A DNA stretch of 64,000 nucleotides. Source: a virus (taxonomy: Duplodnaviria > Caudoviricetes). The DNA is taken from positions 64,001-128,000 of the IMG/VR virus record IMGVR_UViG_3300033498_000048; one strand, written 5' to 3'. A program made the position numbers and the translations under genes. This document shows positions 1-9,743 of the stretch, piece after piece (the first letter of the stretch is position 1; each line of letters begins with the position of its first letter). The notes under the pieces were generated by a model. The model saw only the letters and a program-made list of their open reading frames with translations, was not told the DNA's origin and ran no database searches.

Positions 1-303
1 TTGCCATGCCAATCTTAAGCCTCGGTTAAAATAATCACTTACTTTACCAGTTCCAAATTGTTCACGCAACCCCCTAGCAATTTCCCAACCACGACTAAAT
101 GTTCCTTTAGCAATAACTTTCTTAGTCGGAACTATTCTGTGTGCTTCAATTTCAGCCTCACGATATATCCGATTTGCCTCAACAACCAACTTGCCTTGCA
201 ATTTGTGGGTGCGAATGATGTTTGCTAATTCAATAATATCACCACTAATTCCAGCAGCCTTTAATTTAGCAATTACACTAGGAAACAATGTTTGATTTTT
301 CAT
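1..303 (-). CDS. hypothetical phage protein (3' end runs off window)
   Basis: Hand translation: ATG at 303, open frame MKNQTLFPSVIAKLKAAG...RGWEIARGLREQFGTGKVSDYFNRGLRLAWQ to position 1. Confidence 0.65.
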   Translation of the reverse strand, partial: MKNQTLFPSVIAKLKAAGISGDIIELANIIRTHKLQGKLVVEANRIYREAEIEAHRIVPTKKVIAKGTFSRGWEIARGLREQFGTGKVSDYFNRGLRLAWQ

Positions 304-318
304 AATAATTCTCTTTAG

Positions 319-561
319 TTACTTAAATATGTTTTTAACAACGTGTGCTATTGTTATTTTTTTATTTAACCTTCCAGTCAAATAACACGCAATGCTATTG
401 CAATCATCCACTGATAGATAACATGGAAGTTGCATTTTTAAAGCATCATAATCGACCATTGATGACACGTCAACCATTCCCAAACATTCATCAGTTTCTC
501 TGGTTGAAATAATTTCAACGTCATCACCTTTAGATAAACTAGCTAAGAAATTCAGTTTCAT
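319..561 (-). CDS. hypothetical protein
   Basis: ORF track, co-oriented with neighbours. Confidence 0.55.
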   Translation of the reverse strand: MKLNFLASLSKGDDVEIISTRETDECLGMVDVSSMVDYDALKMQLPCYLSVDDCNSIACYLTGRLNKKITIAHVVKNIFK

Positions 562-636
562 TACAAGTTCTCTTTAATGTGGTTAATTTATGTTGCATAT
601 ATTAAATTAATTAAACATCAATGTCAACATATATTT

Positions 637-852
637 TTACCAGTGACGTGGATTTGGAACTTGTGCTAATGCGACTGCTAGGTATGCTTCTAATATTTTG
701 AATTTAGCTCCAGTTGTAATTAGTCTAGTTTCGCTGTACCAATTGTGGCTATCAACATCGGTCTTCTTATATGACATACTACCTACCACAAGCTCAATAC
801 TATTGTCAGTCCACCAATACGCACAAACATTTTTACTATTATTAAGTTTCAT
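637..852 (-). CDS. hypothetical protein
   Basis: ORF track, AAGG RBS upstream. Confidence 0.55.
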   Translation of the reverse strand: MKLNNSKNVCAYWWTDNSIELVVGSMSYKKTDVDSHNWYSETRLITTGAKFKILEAYLAVALAQVPNPRHW

Positions 853-920
853 AAAACATACACCTTAAGTCCAGTTAAATCAATAGGTTAGCATTTGGAA
901 TCCCTTTACTTTCTGACATT

Positions 921-1160
921 TTATTTTATCCCTAATTCTAAATCTGTTAAAAAATTTCTATTATCAAAATGTAATTCTGTTAGTGTAGAATTCTTACTTT
1001 CAGTAACAGGAATGCTATTATAACCTAACTCTTCTAATATCAAATATCCACCGACATATCTAATACCATAAATGATATTAGGTTTTAATATTTTTCCTGC
1101 ATCTATTCCGATAAATCCATTGTTACCCTCAAAAGGTAAAACAAATCTAGTTAATATCAT
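921..1160 (-). CDS. hypothetical protein
   Basis: ORF track, AGGT RBS upstream. Confidence 0.55.
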   Translation of the reverse strand: MILTRFVLPFEGNNGFIGIDAGKILKPNIIYGIRYVGGYLILEELGYNSIPVTESKNSTLTELHFDNRNFLTDLELGIK

Positions 1161-1176
1161 ATTAATCTACCCTATT

Positions 1177-1572
1177 TTATGTTGAATGACCATATGTTAA
1201 AATTCCAGCCACAATCGGGTCTTGTAACATTGAGGCTAAAGTTTCTTCTAAATCTGGTTTATCTTCACAATAATGCTGTTTATTGCCAATGGTAATTTTA
1301 CAAGGATAGCCTCCTCTAGCTTTTTCCCATTCAGCTAATTCATTATTACTAGCACAAATTGCATAATGTCCAATAGACATATCTGGTACACCATTGTAAC
1401 CTTGGAAAGCTTTATTTGGAATAAATTGGATATTGAGCTTAACCTCACCTCCAGTAACTGTAGCAAGTTCTTCATTTAATCTTTTAAAAACAGAATCTAT
1501 CTCTTGATTATTATTTTTGACTCGTTCAGACGCAGCTTGCCCTTGTTTAAATGCTTTAATAAAATCTACCAT
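1177..1572 (-). CDS. hypothetical protein
   Basis: 131-aa ORF in tightly packed operon. Confidence 0.65.
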   Translation of the reverse strand: MVDFIKAFKQGQAASERVKNNNQEIDSVFKRLNEELATVTGGEVKLNIQFIPNKAFQGYNGVPDMSIGHYAICASNNELAEWEKARGGYPCKITIGNKQHYCEDKPDLEETLASMLQDPIVAGILTYGHST

Positions 1573-1574
1573 GA

Positions 1575-1838
1575 TTACTTACCATTAAATCCGTTTGAAC
1601 TTAAAACTTCAACGACTTCAGTAACAGCCAAGTTCCAATCAGAATCCGAACATTGGAATGGGAAAGATTCTACTATATCAAGACGAACCCTATCAAAATT
1701 ATAATCAATTGAAATTAGGTATTGGTGGATTCGTTCATCACTTGGGTTTAACAAACCTGTACACCACATTAAATGAGTGCAAAGAACTTTTGTAACCCGA
1801 TTCCGTGTTTTATACTCGCGCAAATAACCAATGTTCAC
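1575..1838 (-). CDS. hypothetical protein
   Basis: ORF track, GGAG RBS, GTG start. Confidence 0.55.
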   Translation of the reverse strand: MNIGYLREYKTRNRVTKVLCTHLMWCTGLLNPSDERIHQYLISIDYNFDRVRLDIVESFPFQCSDSDWNLAVTEVVEVLSSNGFNGK

Positions 1839-1931
1839 AATAAACTCCTTATCTAAAATTATATAACATTTAATCCATAATTGTTATGGATTAATGAAAA
1901 AACACATTATAACTATTATGGTAGTATAATG

Positions 1932-2165
1932 TCAAGCAAGCTCAACAACATTTTCGGTTTCAATCCAAACCTTTGCACCACATGGAAGTGGGTTATCGGG
2001 ACTATAAACCACCTTAGCAACAACGTTTCCACTTGAATCAAGAATATTAGCAGTATGTGCGTAAGTATTTGATTTGTAAGTTTTTATGGTCAATACTGGT
2101 TCATTACTTCCAGTTTTTTGATTAGCTTTTATAACGTGCTGGTTGACATGGATGATTGTTTTCAT
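1932..2165 (-). CDS. conserved phage hypothetical protein
   Basis: IHVNQHVI...EPVLTIKTYKSNTYAH...VYSPDNPLPCGAKVWIET pattern recalled from phage proteins. Confidence 0.7.
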   Translation of the reverse strand: MKTIIHVNQHVIKANQKTGSNEPVLTIKTYKSNTYAHTANILDSSGNVVAKVVYSPDNPLPCGAKVWIETENVVELA

Positions 2166-2920
2166 AATGAATACCTTTCTTCTAATTTACCAATTATTAG
2201 TTGTAAATCGCTAGCATAAAAAGCTGAACAATTTATACAATTAATTTCAACTATTTTCCAATTGTATGGAGTCAATGCTAAATCAATAACAAATGCTGGA
2301 GCTAAATCACTCCAAACCCTTAACACCGAATTTGCAAAATCAATGGCACTTGAGTCGACATCACCAATCCACATTACATTATTACCAATTTTATAATGTG
2401 ATGATGTTACGATTTTACCATTAACCACCCATATCCTAACTTCTTTGTATATTGGTTTTACTTTGTTTATTTGGATGTTTATGTCGTGATTAAGTGTCGA
2501 TAATCTTGATATTAAATCATCCCATTTGATTTTTGAATATATACCTCCATTAAAAACCTTACTATCTTTAGTTGGTCGAATGAATTTAGATTCACCTGAA
2601 TACCACTTAATTGGATCCAATACATTCTGAATCAAACAACCATGATTGAGCATTAAGTTTCCATATACTGGACCATAAACTTCATAATCATGGTTGCCAC
2701 CGAAAAATGAACCTGGATTCCAATCTAATTTAGTTGCTAATCGAGCCAATTTACTTGAGCCAAAAGCAAACACATTATTAGTTTCTATTTCAGGGTTTAT
2801 TAAATTCCCATTTGAATCAAACTTAACGATTGTGTATGGTAGCCCCAATCTGATTAATTGAGTAATTAAATTATCATAGTTCCTTTCTCGGAACACATTT
2901 TCTTGAATACAATAGTGCAT
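2162..2920 (-). CDS. ATP-grasp domain protein (DUF4343/R2K-like)
   Basis: FIRPTKDSKVFNGG, KEVRIWVVNGKIVTSSHY, AFVIDLA...WKIVEINCINCSAFY motifs. Confidence 0.8.
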   Translation of the reverse strand: MHYCIQENVFRERNYDNLITQLIRLGLPYTIVKFDSNGNLINPEIETNNVFAFGSSKLARLATKLDWNPGSFFGGNHDYEVYGPVYGNLMLNHGCLIQNVLDPIKWYSGESKFIRPTKDSKVFNGGIYSKIKWDDLISRLSTLNHDINIQINKVKPIYKEVRIWVVNGKIVTSSHYKIGNNVMWIGDVDSSAIDFANSVLRVWSDLAPAFVIDLALTPYNWKIVEINCINCSAFYASDLQLIIGKLEERYSL

Positions 2921-2921
2921 A

Positions 2922-3803
2922 TTAACTCCTAGCTATTAACCAGTTAGAATAGTCAACCAATTCTTGTTCTAGTCTTAGTATTGTATTAGCGAATTTAGTA
3001 AGACATGAATCCAAGTGAGATTGTGGATAAACCAAAAAATGTAGTGGATTTTTAATTATAACAACATTTGATTTTATTAGTGTTGATAATTTAATAGCGT
3101 TACCTTCTACTGTGGAAACAGTTTTCGGTGTTGTTTTTGCTACATGGTAACTCAACCTATCAATATAAAACCTATCACCTGAATTAAAATGTGTTAAGTT
3201 ATTCAACTCGAACAATTCACATTTTAATGATTTGTGTTTTGTTAATGATGAGGTGTTTTCGATAAAATGTGCATATCTTACTCTTAATAAAGCATATTGA
3301 TACGCACCAATTGAAGTATTAAATTCCATATCAAATAGTTTACCTCCACGAATATTATACGTTACAGCAATGAACTTGTTATTTGGAAGTTGGACTGGTG
3401 TAACACTAACACGGTTTCCAGTTGTGTGGTGTAAATCACAAATCACATCTGCAAGGTCTAATAATGCTGGAGTATTAACACACTCAGCTTCCATATCTAA
3501 CTGTTTAAAATCATCATCTGGAACTACTGGTGCTAAATCCTCAACGCTAGGTACATATTCACCTTCAATTCCAATTAAATGGTCTCTGTCGGTTTCTTCT
3601 AACAGACTAATTACATTTGATAATAGATGGAACCCAAAACTCCTAGCACCTTCACCAACTTGGATAACTTTAAATTCATTCCGTACAGTGTCAAATGTGT
3701 ACTCCAACACTCTTTCAAATCTATCATCAATCAATTTAAATGATTTAATTCCACTTAAAATATCATTAGCATACTTTCCCAATAACGGTTTAATTTTGTT
3801 CAT
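2922..3803 (-). CDS. hypothetical protein
   Basis: Track ORF starts at 3863, but the sigma70 promoter at 3834-3863 and GAGG RBS favour the ATG at 3803 (MNKIKPLL). Confidence 0.65.
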   Translation of the reverse strand: MNKIKPLLGKYANDILSGIKSFKLIDDRFERVLEYTFDTVRNEFKVIQVGEGARSFGFHLLSNVISLLEETDRDHLIGIEGEYVPSVEDLAPVVPDDDFKQLDMEAECVNTPALLDLADVICDLHHTTGNRVSVTPVQLPNNKFIAVTYNIRGGKLFDMEFNTSIGAYQYALLRVRYAHFIENTSSLTKHKSLKCELFELNNLTHFNSGDRFYIDRLSYHVAKTTPKTVSTVEGNAIKLSTLIKSNVVIIKNPLHFLVYPQSHLDSCLTKFANTILRLEQELVDYSNWLIARS

Positions 3804-3833
3804 TATTATTACCTCTGATTGTCTATGTTGGAT

Positions 3834-3863
3834 ATTATAATGCGTTATATATTCCAATGTCAA
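3834..3863 (-). promoter_or_regulatory. sigma70-like early promoter
   Basis: TTGACA-N18-TATAAT on minus strand. Confidence 0.65.
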
Positions 3864-3871
3864 CTAATAAT

Positions 3872-4385
3872 TTCAATGAGTTAGCACTTATAGGTGTTGG
3901 GTAATTAGTAACCTGTTCCAAATGCTAACCTATTGATATTGTTAGTGTATATTATTATCAATTAAATCAATAAGTTAGCACTTATAGGTGTTGGGTAATT
4001 AGTAACCTGTTCCAAATGCTAACCTATTGATATTGTTAGTGTATATTATTATCAATTAAATCAATAAGTTAGCACTTACAGTTTGGTATTAGTTAGTTAA
4101 TGGTTGCAAGTGCTAACTCATTGATTTGTAGTAATTGACAATGATGACACATGGACACGATATATTGATAACCAAGAATCAATGAGTTAGCACTTGGAAC
4201 AGGTTACTAATTAACCAACACATACAAATGCTATGTCATTGATATTTAACACCTAACTAATTGGCTAACAGAATCAATGACATAGCATTTGCAGCTATTA
4301 TATAATTAACTAACACCTCTAAGTGCTAAGTCATTGATAGTTGGTGCTATTGATTGTTTAGTTGAAAATCAAAGGGTTAGCATTT
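3872..4385. repeat. 66-bp dyad element cluster A (5 complete units + 1 half site)
   Basis: Left arms end at 3889, 3983, 4077, 4195, 4290 (half site 4385); each complete unit has a 30-nt core with central TAATTA/TAGTTA followed by the inverse arm. Confidence 0.95.
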
Positions 4386-4706
4386 GGAGCATAAACCGAT
4401 TGCATTAATAATTTCGCCCCATGAAACAGCTCTGTTTATTCCCAAATCGTAACCATAATCTTCAGTTTCTTGATTATAGTCTGTAGATATAACGTAACGG
4501 GTTGAATCGTCATCGTGTAACATTCCAAGGTCAACTGTAACTGGAGTTAAACTACCATCATTATCAATGTAGTACGAATCGCAGTAAACTTCAAATGTTC
4601 CAAGTTTGGTGAAATTAAAAACCCTAGAAAATTTACAGTCTGCATAATAATTGGGTGCAAGTGGTATTTGATGCAATATTGTTGTTCCAACTTGTTTTGT
4701 TTTCAT
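4377..4706 (-). CDS. hypothetical protein between element clusters A and B
   Basis: 109-aa ORF with its own promoter; stop codon lies in a repeat arm. Confidence 0.65.
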   Translation of the reverse strand: MKTKQVGTTILHQIPLAPNYYADCKFSRVFNFTKLGTFEVYCDSYYIDNDGSLTPVTVDLGMLHDDDSTRYVISTDYNQETEDYGYDLGINRAVSWGEIINAIGLCSKC

Positions 4707-4737
4707 GTTAGAAACCCCTGTTAGTTAATGAAGACGC

Positions 4738-4767
4738 ATTATAATACAACCTACAGATTAACGTCAA
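4738..4767 (-). promoter_or_regulatory. sigma70-like early promoter
   Basis: TTGACG-N18-TATAAT. Confidence 0.6.
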
Positions 4768-4794
4768 TGCGTTAGGAATTTAATAATTCGTTCC

Positions 4795-5177
4795 GATTGC
4801 TAACCTATTGATTTAATTGAGAATTATATACTAATATTATCAATAGGTTAGCACTTGTAACCATCTTATAATTAACTAACTGCTGCAAGTGCTATCTTAT
4901 TGATAACTAAGCACAAACTTATGTGGCATAAGAATCAATGATGATATGTGGAACAATTTGTGTCCATCAAGTTAGCACTTCCCAGTTTGTGTTAATAATT
5001 GACATGAATACACTCAACCAACTATCAATGAGTTAGCACTTACAACTGGTTACTAATTACCTAACTGCTTAAAGTGCTAACGCATTGATTTGTATAGTGC
5101 ATATTTTTACATATAATTATCAACAAGATAGCACTTGGAACAGTGTTATTAATTACCTAATGGCTGCAAGTGCTAAC
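4795..5177. repeat. 66-bp dyad element cluster B (3 units + 2 half sites)
   Basis: Units 4839-4904, 5024-5089, 5119-5177 (31-nt core); half sites near 4795-4812 and 4965-4980. Confidence 0.93.
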
Positions 5178-5179
5178 GC

Positions 5180-5187
5180 TATAAATA
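5180..5187 (+). promoter_or_regulatory. T4-type late promoter
   Basis: TATAAATA 28 nt upstream of the structural gene ATG; the same octamer precedes the 12089 and 23165 genes. Confidence 0.7.
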
Positions 5188-5214
5188 TTATAAAAATTAA
5201 CAAGAGAAACTAAT

Positions 5215-7068
5215 ATGTCAGGATATAAAAGCCAAGTTCAATATGATGCACCAGTAAGTTTTTGGACGTTTGATGGTGATTTGTTTGATACTGGTGTTAG
5301 GGTTTTAATGCCAGCAAGTGGTGAACCGATGTATATAATGGATGAAATTGAAAATCAAAATCCAGCAATATTACAAGTTCAAAGTTTACAGGGACCACAT
5401 GGTTATCGTATGGGTATTTCTAGTTTAGTTCAACTTGAAACATCAGACCAAGCAGCGTGTTCATTTGGATTTTATGGAAGACAACCAACACATCCAGACG
5501 ATGGTTGGGCAAAAGCATATTTAACAATACCTCATAGTATTCAATATTCATTTCCAAATAATGGTTCATTCAGTATTGAGTTTATGTTCAATAAAACAAC
5601 TGAAAATGATTATGCAAATTGGTACTATGGAAAGTATAATAATTATTATCAAATACCAATATCACGTCCAATATTTTACAAAACAAATGTAATTGATATA
5701 CATTCGTTGTTTTATTATGGGAATTATTTAGTTATTAAGTTTCCAAGTAACGTAACAATTAATTTAGACATTAGTAAACATATTGGAAAGGATACTCACT
5801 TTGCTTTATCGTGGAACGTTATTGAAACTTCTTCTAATGTATATGAGGCAACCGAAACTGTTTATATTGAATCAAGAATTGTATATCAATTTAAACGAAC
5901 ATATTATGATGTTTACCCTAACACAAATGTGGCACAAGATTGGGAAATTGCTGGTATATCAAACAATTCAAGTCTATATCATTCAGATAGGAATACATCA
6001 TCACTAAAACTCGACCAAATAGCGATATATGATTATGCTTTAAGTGTTGATAATGTAGCAAATCATTATAAGAAGCTTAGGGAATATGATAAAATGATAG
6101 TTAATGATGGGGCTGAATATTTTTATCCAATGGATGAAGACGATAGCCTTACCGATTGGACTATAAGAGAACCATCGTATAAGAATCAACACAGTAATGT
6201 TGTTGCTAATTATATTGGTAATATATCAACACTATCAAGAGGGAACCCTGGACCAAGAACTATTCCATTAGCAGTAGCACCTACATTCACAAACGGAGCT
6301 AGTGCATTTATCAAAACCAATAATACTTATTCTCCAGTATTTCCAATCACAAATGAATATACAGTGGAGTTTTGGTTTAATTCAAGCCACGCACAACGTG
6401 GGATATTACTATCACAACAAGGTGAGGAATACCCATATTCAGGAATATTGGTAACATTGAATTGGAGAGACAATGCAATTAATAATGGTGCAATCCAATG
6501 GAATATTAACGATGAATATTACATTTGTTCATTAGAATATGATGAATTGTTTAATCCATATTACTTCAATGATGGTAATTGGCATCATATAGTGCTATTA
6601 AGAAGAAGTGGATTGTATATGGAATTATGGTTAGATGGAATATTACACAATTCAGTACAAATGCCTAATGTTTCAGTACAATCAACTGGAAGCATATATA
6701 TGATGGGAATAAAACCTGGACACTTTAGTATGAATGGACAAATATGTAAACTTGCCTATTATGGATTTGCATTACAACAACAACAAATTCAATGTAGGCA
6801 TTCATATTCGATAACATTTAAAATAAAGGGAATTGTTACATTGCGAGGTGTTCCAACAAAAGCAACTATTAGAGCATACGACCACGGAACTGGACACCTA
6901 ATACAAGAACAAGAAAGTGACATTAACAATGGTGAATATACAATTGTTTTGTCCAACAATAGAAAGATTGATTTGATGGTATTCGATAAGAATGATAGAA
7001 GTGTTCGGTATAGAGCTTATGGACCAATAACCCCAAGTGAATATGAAGACTTACCAATCTTAATATGA
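5215..7068 (+). CDS. virion protein with two LamG/concanavalin A-like domains and C-terminal Ig/carboxypeptidase-regulatory-like domain
   Basis: FSIEFMF, YTVEFWF, DGNWHHIVLLR, LWLDG, LDQIAIYDYALS motifs; late promoter. Confidence 0.75.
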   Translation: MSGYKSQVQYDAPVSFWTFDGDLFDTGVRVLMPASGEPMYIMDEIENQNPAILQVQSLQGPHGYRMGISSLVQLETSDQAACSFGFYGRQPTHPDDGWAKAYLTIPHSIQYSFPNNGSFSIEFMFNKTTENDYANWYYGKYNNYYQIPISRPIFYKTNVIDIHSLFYYGNYLVIKFPSNVTINLDISKHIGKDTHFALSWNVIETSSNVYEATETVYIESRIVYQFKRTYYDVYPNTNVAQDWEIAGISNNSSLYHSDRNTSSLKLDQIAIYDYALSVDNVANHYKKLREYDKMIVNDGAEYFYPMDEDDSLTDWTIREPSYKNQHSNVVANYIGNISTLSRGNPGPRTIPLAVAPTFTNGASAFIKTNNTYSPVFPITNEYTVEFWFNSSHAQRGILLSQQGEEYPYSGILVTLNWRDNAINNGAIQWNINDEYYICSLEYDELFNPYYFNDGNWHHIVLLRRSGLYMELWLDGILHNSVQMPNVSVQSTGSIYMMGIKPGHFSMNGQICKLAYYGFALQQQQIQCRHSYSITFKIKGIVTLRGVPTKATIRAYDHGTGHLIQEQESDINNGEYTIVLSNNRKIDLMVFDKNDRSVRYRAYGPITPSEYEDLPILI

Positions 7069-9743
7069 TAATAATAACCTCAAATAAAAAAGATTCGAGA
7101 TTCAATAACTTAATCGACCCTCCAAGCAACGATTCTAGTTTCATCATTAATGCTAGAAAGTTAAATAAAGAATTTTCAATCATATTGAATAACCCATTAG
7201 TTGTTTATCCTAATTTAATATTAACGATAAATGATATTAGAGGTAATTTAACTCCAATATTAACAAACACACCTAGTAAATTAGTTGGTGATATTAATGG
7301 AACTAATATCAATTGGTATTCTAGTGATGTTACTATGGTGTTGAATTATTGTGGAACAACATTATTACCATTCAATTTATATGAACATGGGATAATTATT
7401 ATTCCAGTAATGTTTGATGGTTTAGTGGCTAGCGTTGTATTAAACACAACTCCAGTTTCATACATATCAGCCGATGGACATTCAGGTTCAAACCTACACA
7501 ATACAATACAGACAAGTAAATTGGTTGATGTGGCTCAATTTGATGGTACACATTCAACAACATCATTTAACACATATTTAAGCTATGATGTTGGATATGT
7601 TAATATGTATTCTGGTAGCGTGTCAACTGTTACAATTAACACATATAAGTTACTCGGTTTTGGTTTATATGATTCCAGTAGCATATCAACAATATTAAAT
7701 ACATATTTGGGAATAAACTTCGGAATATTACAATCATATTCTGGAGAAAGCATTAGTGTAGACTTAATTACTTTTAAATTGTTAGAGTTTAATTATGTGT
7801 ATGGAGATAATTGTTTTATTGAATTAACTGAAAATTTACAATTCCAAATACAATCTAATATGTTTAGTGGTGATGTTTTACATTGTGGATTACAGATTGT
7901 TCCAGTAATAACACTCGATAACATTTACAATGGAAGTAATATTGATGTCACTATTAAAGACGCTAAATCAATACAGCTTAATTTAAGTGACATTTATACT
8001 GGAAGTACAATTAATGTTACTATGGTTACATCATTATTGATTGGTTTTAATTTCCATTGTGGCTCTATCGAATACTTCACTTTAACAGAAAACAAATCTA
8101 TTCCAACACAAATTTCACCAATTAACGATGGTGCTAATGGTAGTGTTCAGTTAATGTGTAATAGGCTATTCCAAAGTAGTTATTATGGTGGGTCAATTAA
8201 TTATGTCGATACATTGACTACTATAATTAATACTGGAATTGAATTTCCAATATGGTGTTCAGAACTTGTTTATGTAGACAAATTAATCACATATTCAAGG
8301 TTGTACCCAATAGCATCATCTGATAATATTGTTACAATTGGATTATCAACAACATATATTTTAGGCTTAAATGGAATTAATTGTGGTGATACATTAACAA
8401 TTGATTTAATAGCAAGTGGACCACCAACATTTAATTTTACTAATTACTATGGTGGATTAGTGAATTGTTCCATATATTCCATCTCTAAGTTAGGTGGGTT
8501 TCAATATAATGGTTCAACATTCAATTTAACTTTAAATACACACGAGTCTAATCATTTATCATTTTCTGCTCATTGTGGACAAGTATCTACAATAATACAA
8601 CCTGAAATCAAACTCAATTATAATTATTTAGGTGAAGTATTACAAATAGTAGCATTGGATAATGAACAATTGTGGAGGTTTAGGTGTGGTGACATTTTCA
8701 CGTTGTCTAGCTTTATAACATCTGCGACACTGGACTGTAGTATTGCAACTGGTTCAATGTGTACGTTAAGTGTACAAATCAACCCTAGTGAGGGGATAGG
8801 TACGTTTAATGGTTATGGTGGAGAGTTTACGGGAATTCCACTACGAACAATGATACATCAAACTATATCAGTAACATTTAAAAATGAGGTATTAACCACA
8901 TTAGATATTGACAGTGCAGTATATTTTGATTTAATTACTGATAGTTGTTGTAATAAGCGTCCACTTAATGGACAAAACTCTTACATAATTGAATTAGATA
9001 ATGCTGAATATCCAGATGAAGTGTTTTATGGAAACATTGTAAAATATTTGGTTGCATTAAGTGTTAGTCCAACAATTCAGCTACAGATGTATAATGGTTC
9101 CAATTTATCGTATATAGACAAAACAAAATACTTTAATATTGAATTTAGTGATGGAAACAATGTGAATATTAATTCATTTGAAGCTATTGTTAGGAATAGA
9201 TTATGTAATGGATATTTCATTCCAAGTGGTGGAAGTGTAGTTACTGAATTGACAGAGGTAATATCAGAAGAATGTAATTCAGATATGGGATATATGGGTG
9301 AAACATTAATATGTAAACTGACACCAATGGCTATATTCCAAATTGAAAGTCAGTTTGTAGTATCGAATAGGTTAGAGGTTGAATTTACTACATATAGGAA
9401 TATTCCATGGGACTTTATTGCTTATAGTGGAGAAACAATACTACGAATAACTGAGTTTGTTAGAATGTCGACATTTGAGCCAGCGATTACGTTTGAACAT
9501 GGTTCGGTCATTACAATGTCATTTCCAGAGCCACATTTATTAGGTTATTCAGGTGAATGTAATAGTTTCACATTAACAACATCTAAAATATCAATAGAAT
9601 TTATTGACACTGGATGTTTAGTAAATGAATATCAATTTGTGGATGAATTAGGTAATATAATTCCAGACCAATATGTGTCTGTAGCATTGGAATTATATCC
9701 ATTTGAACATCAATTAAAATTGAAACCAAGGTGTGTTTTTTAA
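7065..9743 (+). CDS. large putative virion structural protein (beta-rich)
   Basis: 892 aa, S/T/N/G/I-rich, recurring Y/H-x-G-S motifs, overlaps upstream gene by 4 nt. Confidence 0.6.
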   Translation: MIIITSNKKDSRFNNLIDPPSNDSSFIINARKLNKEFSIILNNPLVVYPNLILTINDIRGNLTPILTNTPSKLVGDINGTNINWYSSDVTMVLNYCGTTLLPFNLYEHGIIIIPVMFDGLVASVVLNTTPVSYISADGHSGSNLHNTIQTSKLVDVAQFDGTHSTTSFNTYLSYDVGYVNMYSGSVSTVTINTYKLLGFGLYDSSSISTILNTYLGINFGILQSYSGESISVDLITFKLLEFNYVYGDNCFIELTENLQFQIQSNMFSGDVLHCGLQIVPVITLDNIYNGSNIDVTIKDAKSIQLNLSDIYTGSTINVTMVTSLLIGFNFHCGSIEYFTLTENKSIPTQISPINDGANGSVQLMCNRLFQSSYYGGSINYVDTLTTIINTGIEFPIWCSELVYVDKLITYSRLYPIASSDNIVTIGLSTTYILGLNGINCGDTLTIDLIASGPPTFNFTNYYGGLVNCSIYSISKLGGFQYNGSTFNLTLNTHESNHLSFSAHCGQVSTIIQPEIKLNYNYLGEVLQIVALDNEQLWRFRCGDIFTLSSFITSATLDCSIATGSMCTLSVQINPSEGIGTFNGYGGEFTGIPLRTMIHQTISVTFKNEVLTTLDIDSAVYFDLITDSCCNKRPLNGQNSYIIELDNAEYPDEVFYGNIVKYLVALSVSPTIQLQMYNGSNLSYIDKTKYFNIEFSDGNNVNINSFEAIVRNRLCNGYFIPSGGSVVTELTEVISEECNSDMGYMGETLICKLTPMAIFQIESQFVVSNRLEVEFTTYRNIPWDFIAYSGETILRITEFVRMSTFEPAITFEHGSVITMSFPEPHLLGYSGECNSFTLTTSKISIEFIDTGCLVNEYQFVDELGNIIPDQYVSVALELYPFEHQLKLKPRCVF

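Noticed and set aside
3370-3840. Plus-strand ORFs antisense to minus-strand genes (e.g. 3370-3840, 13843-14067, 15480-15782, 36308-36688, 39316-39663) and minus-strand 13377-13673, 56359-56628
   Set aside because: Shadow ORFs lying opposite better-supported genes, with no RBS, promoter or family motifs
3872-4385. CRISPR array interpretation of the repeat clusters
   Set aside because: Repeats alternate in orientation as inverted arms, the 30-nt 'spacers' are semi-conserved and share a central TAATTA, clusters are short and dispersed, and no cas gene is present
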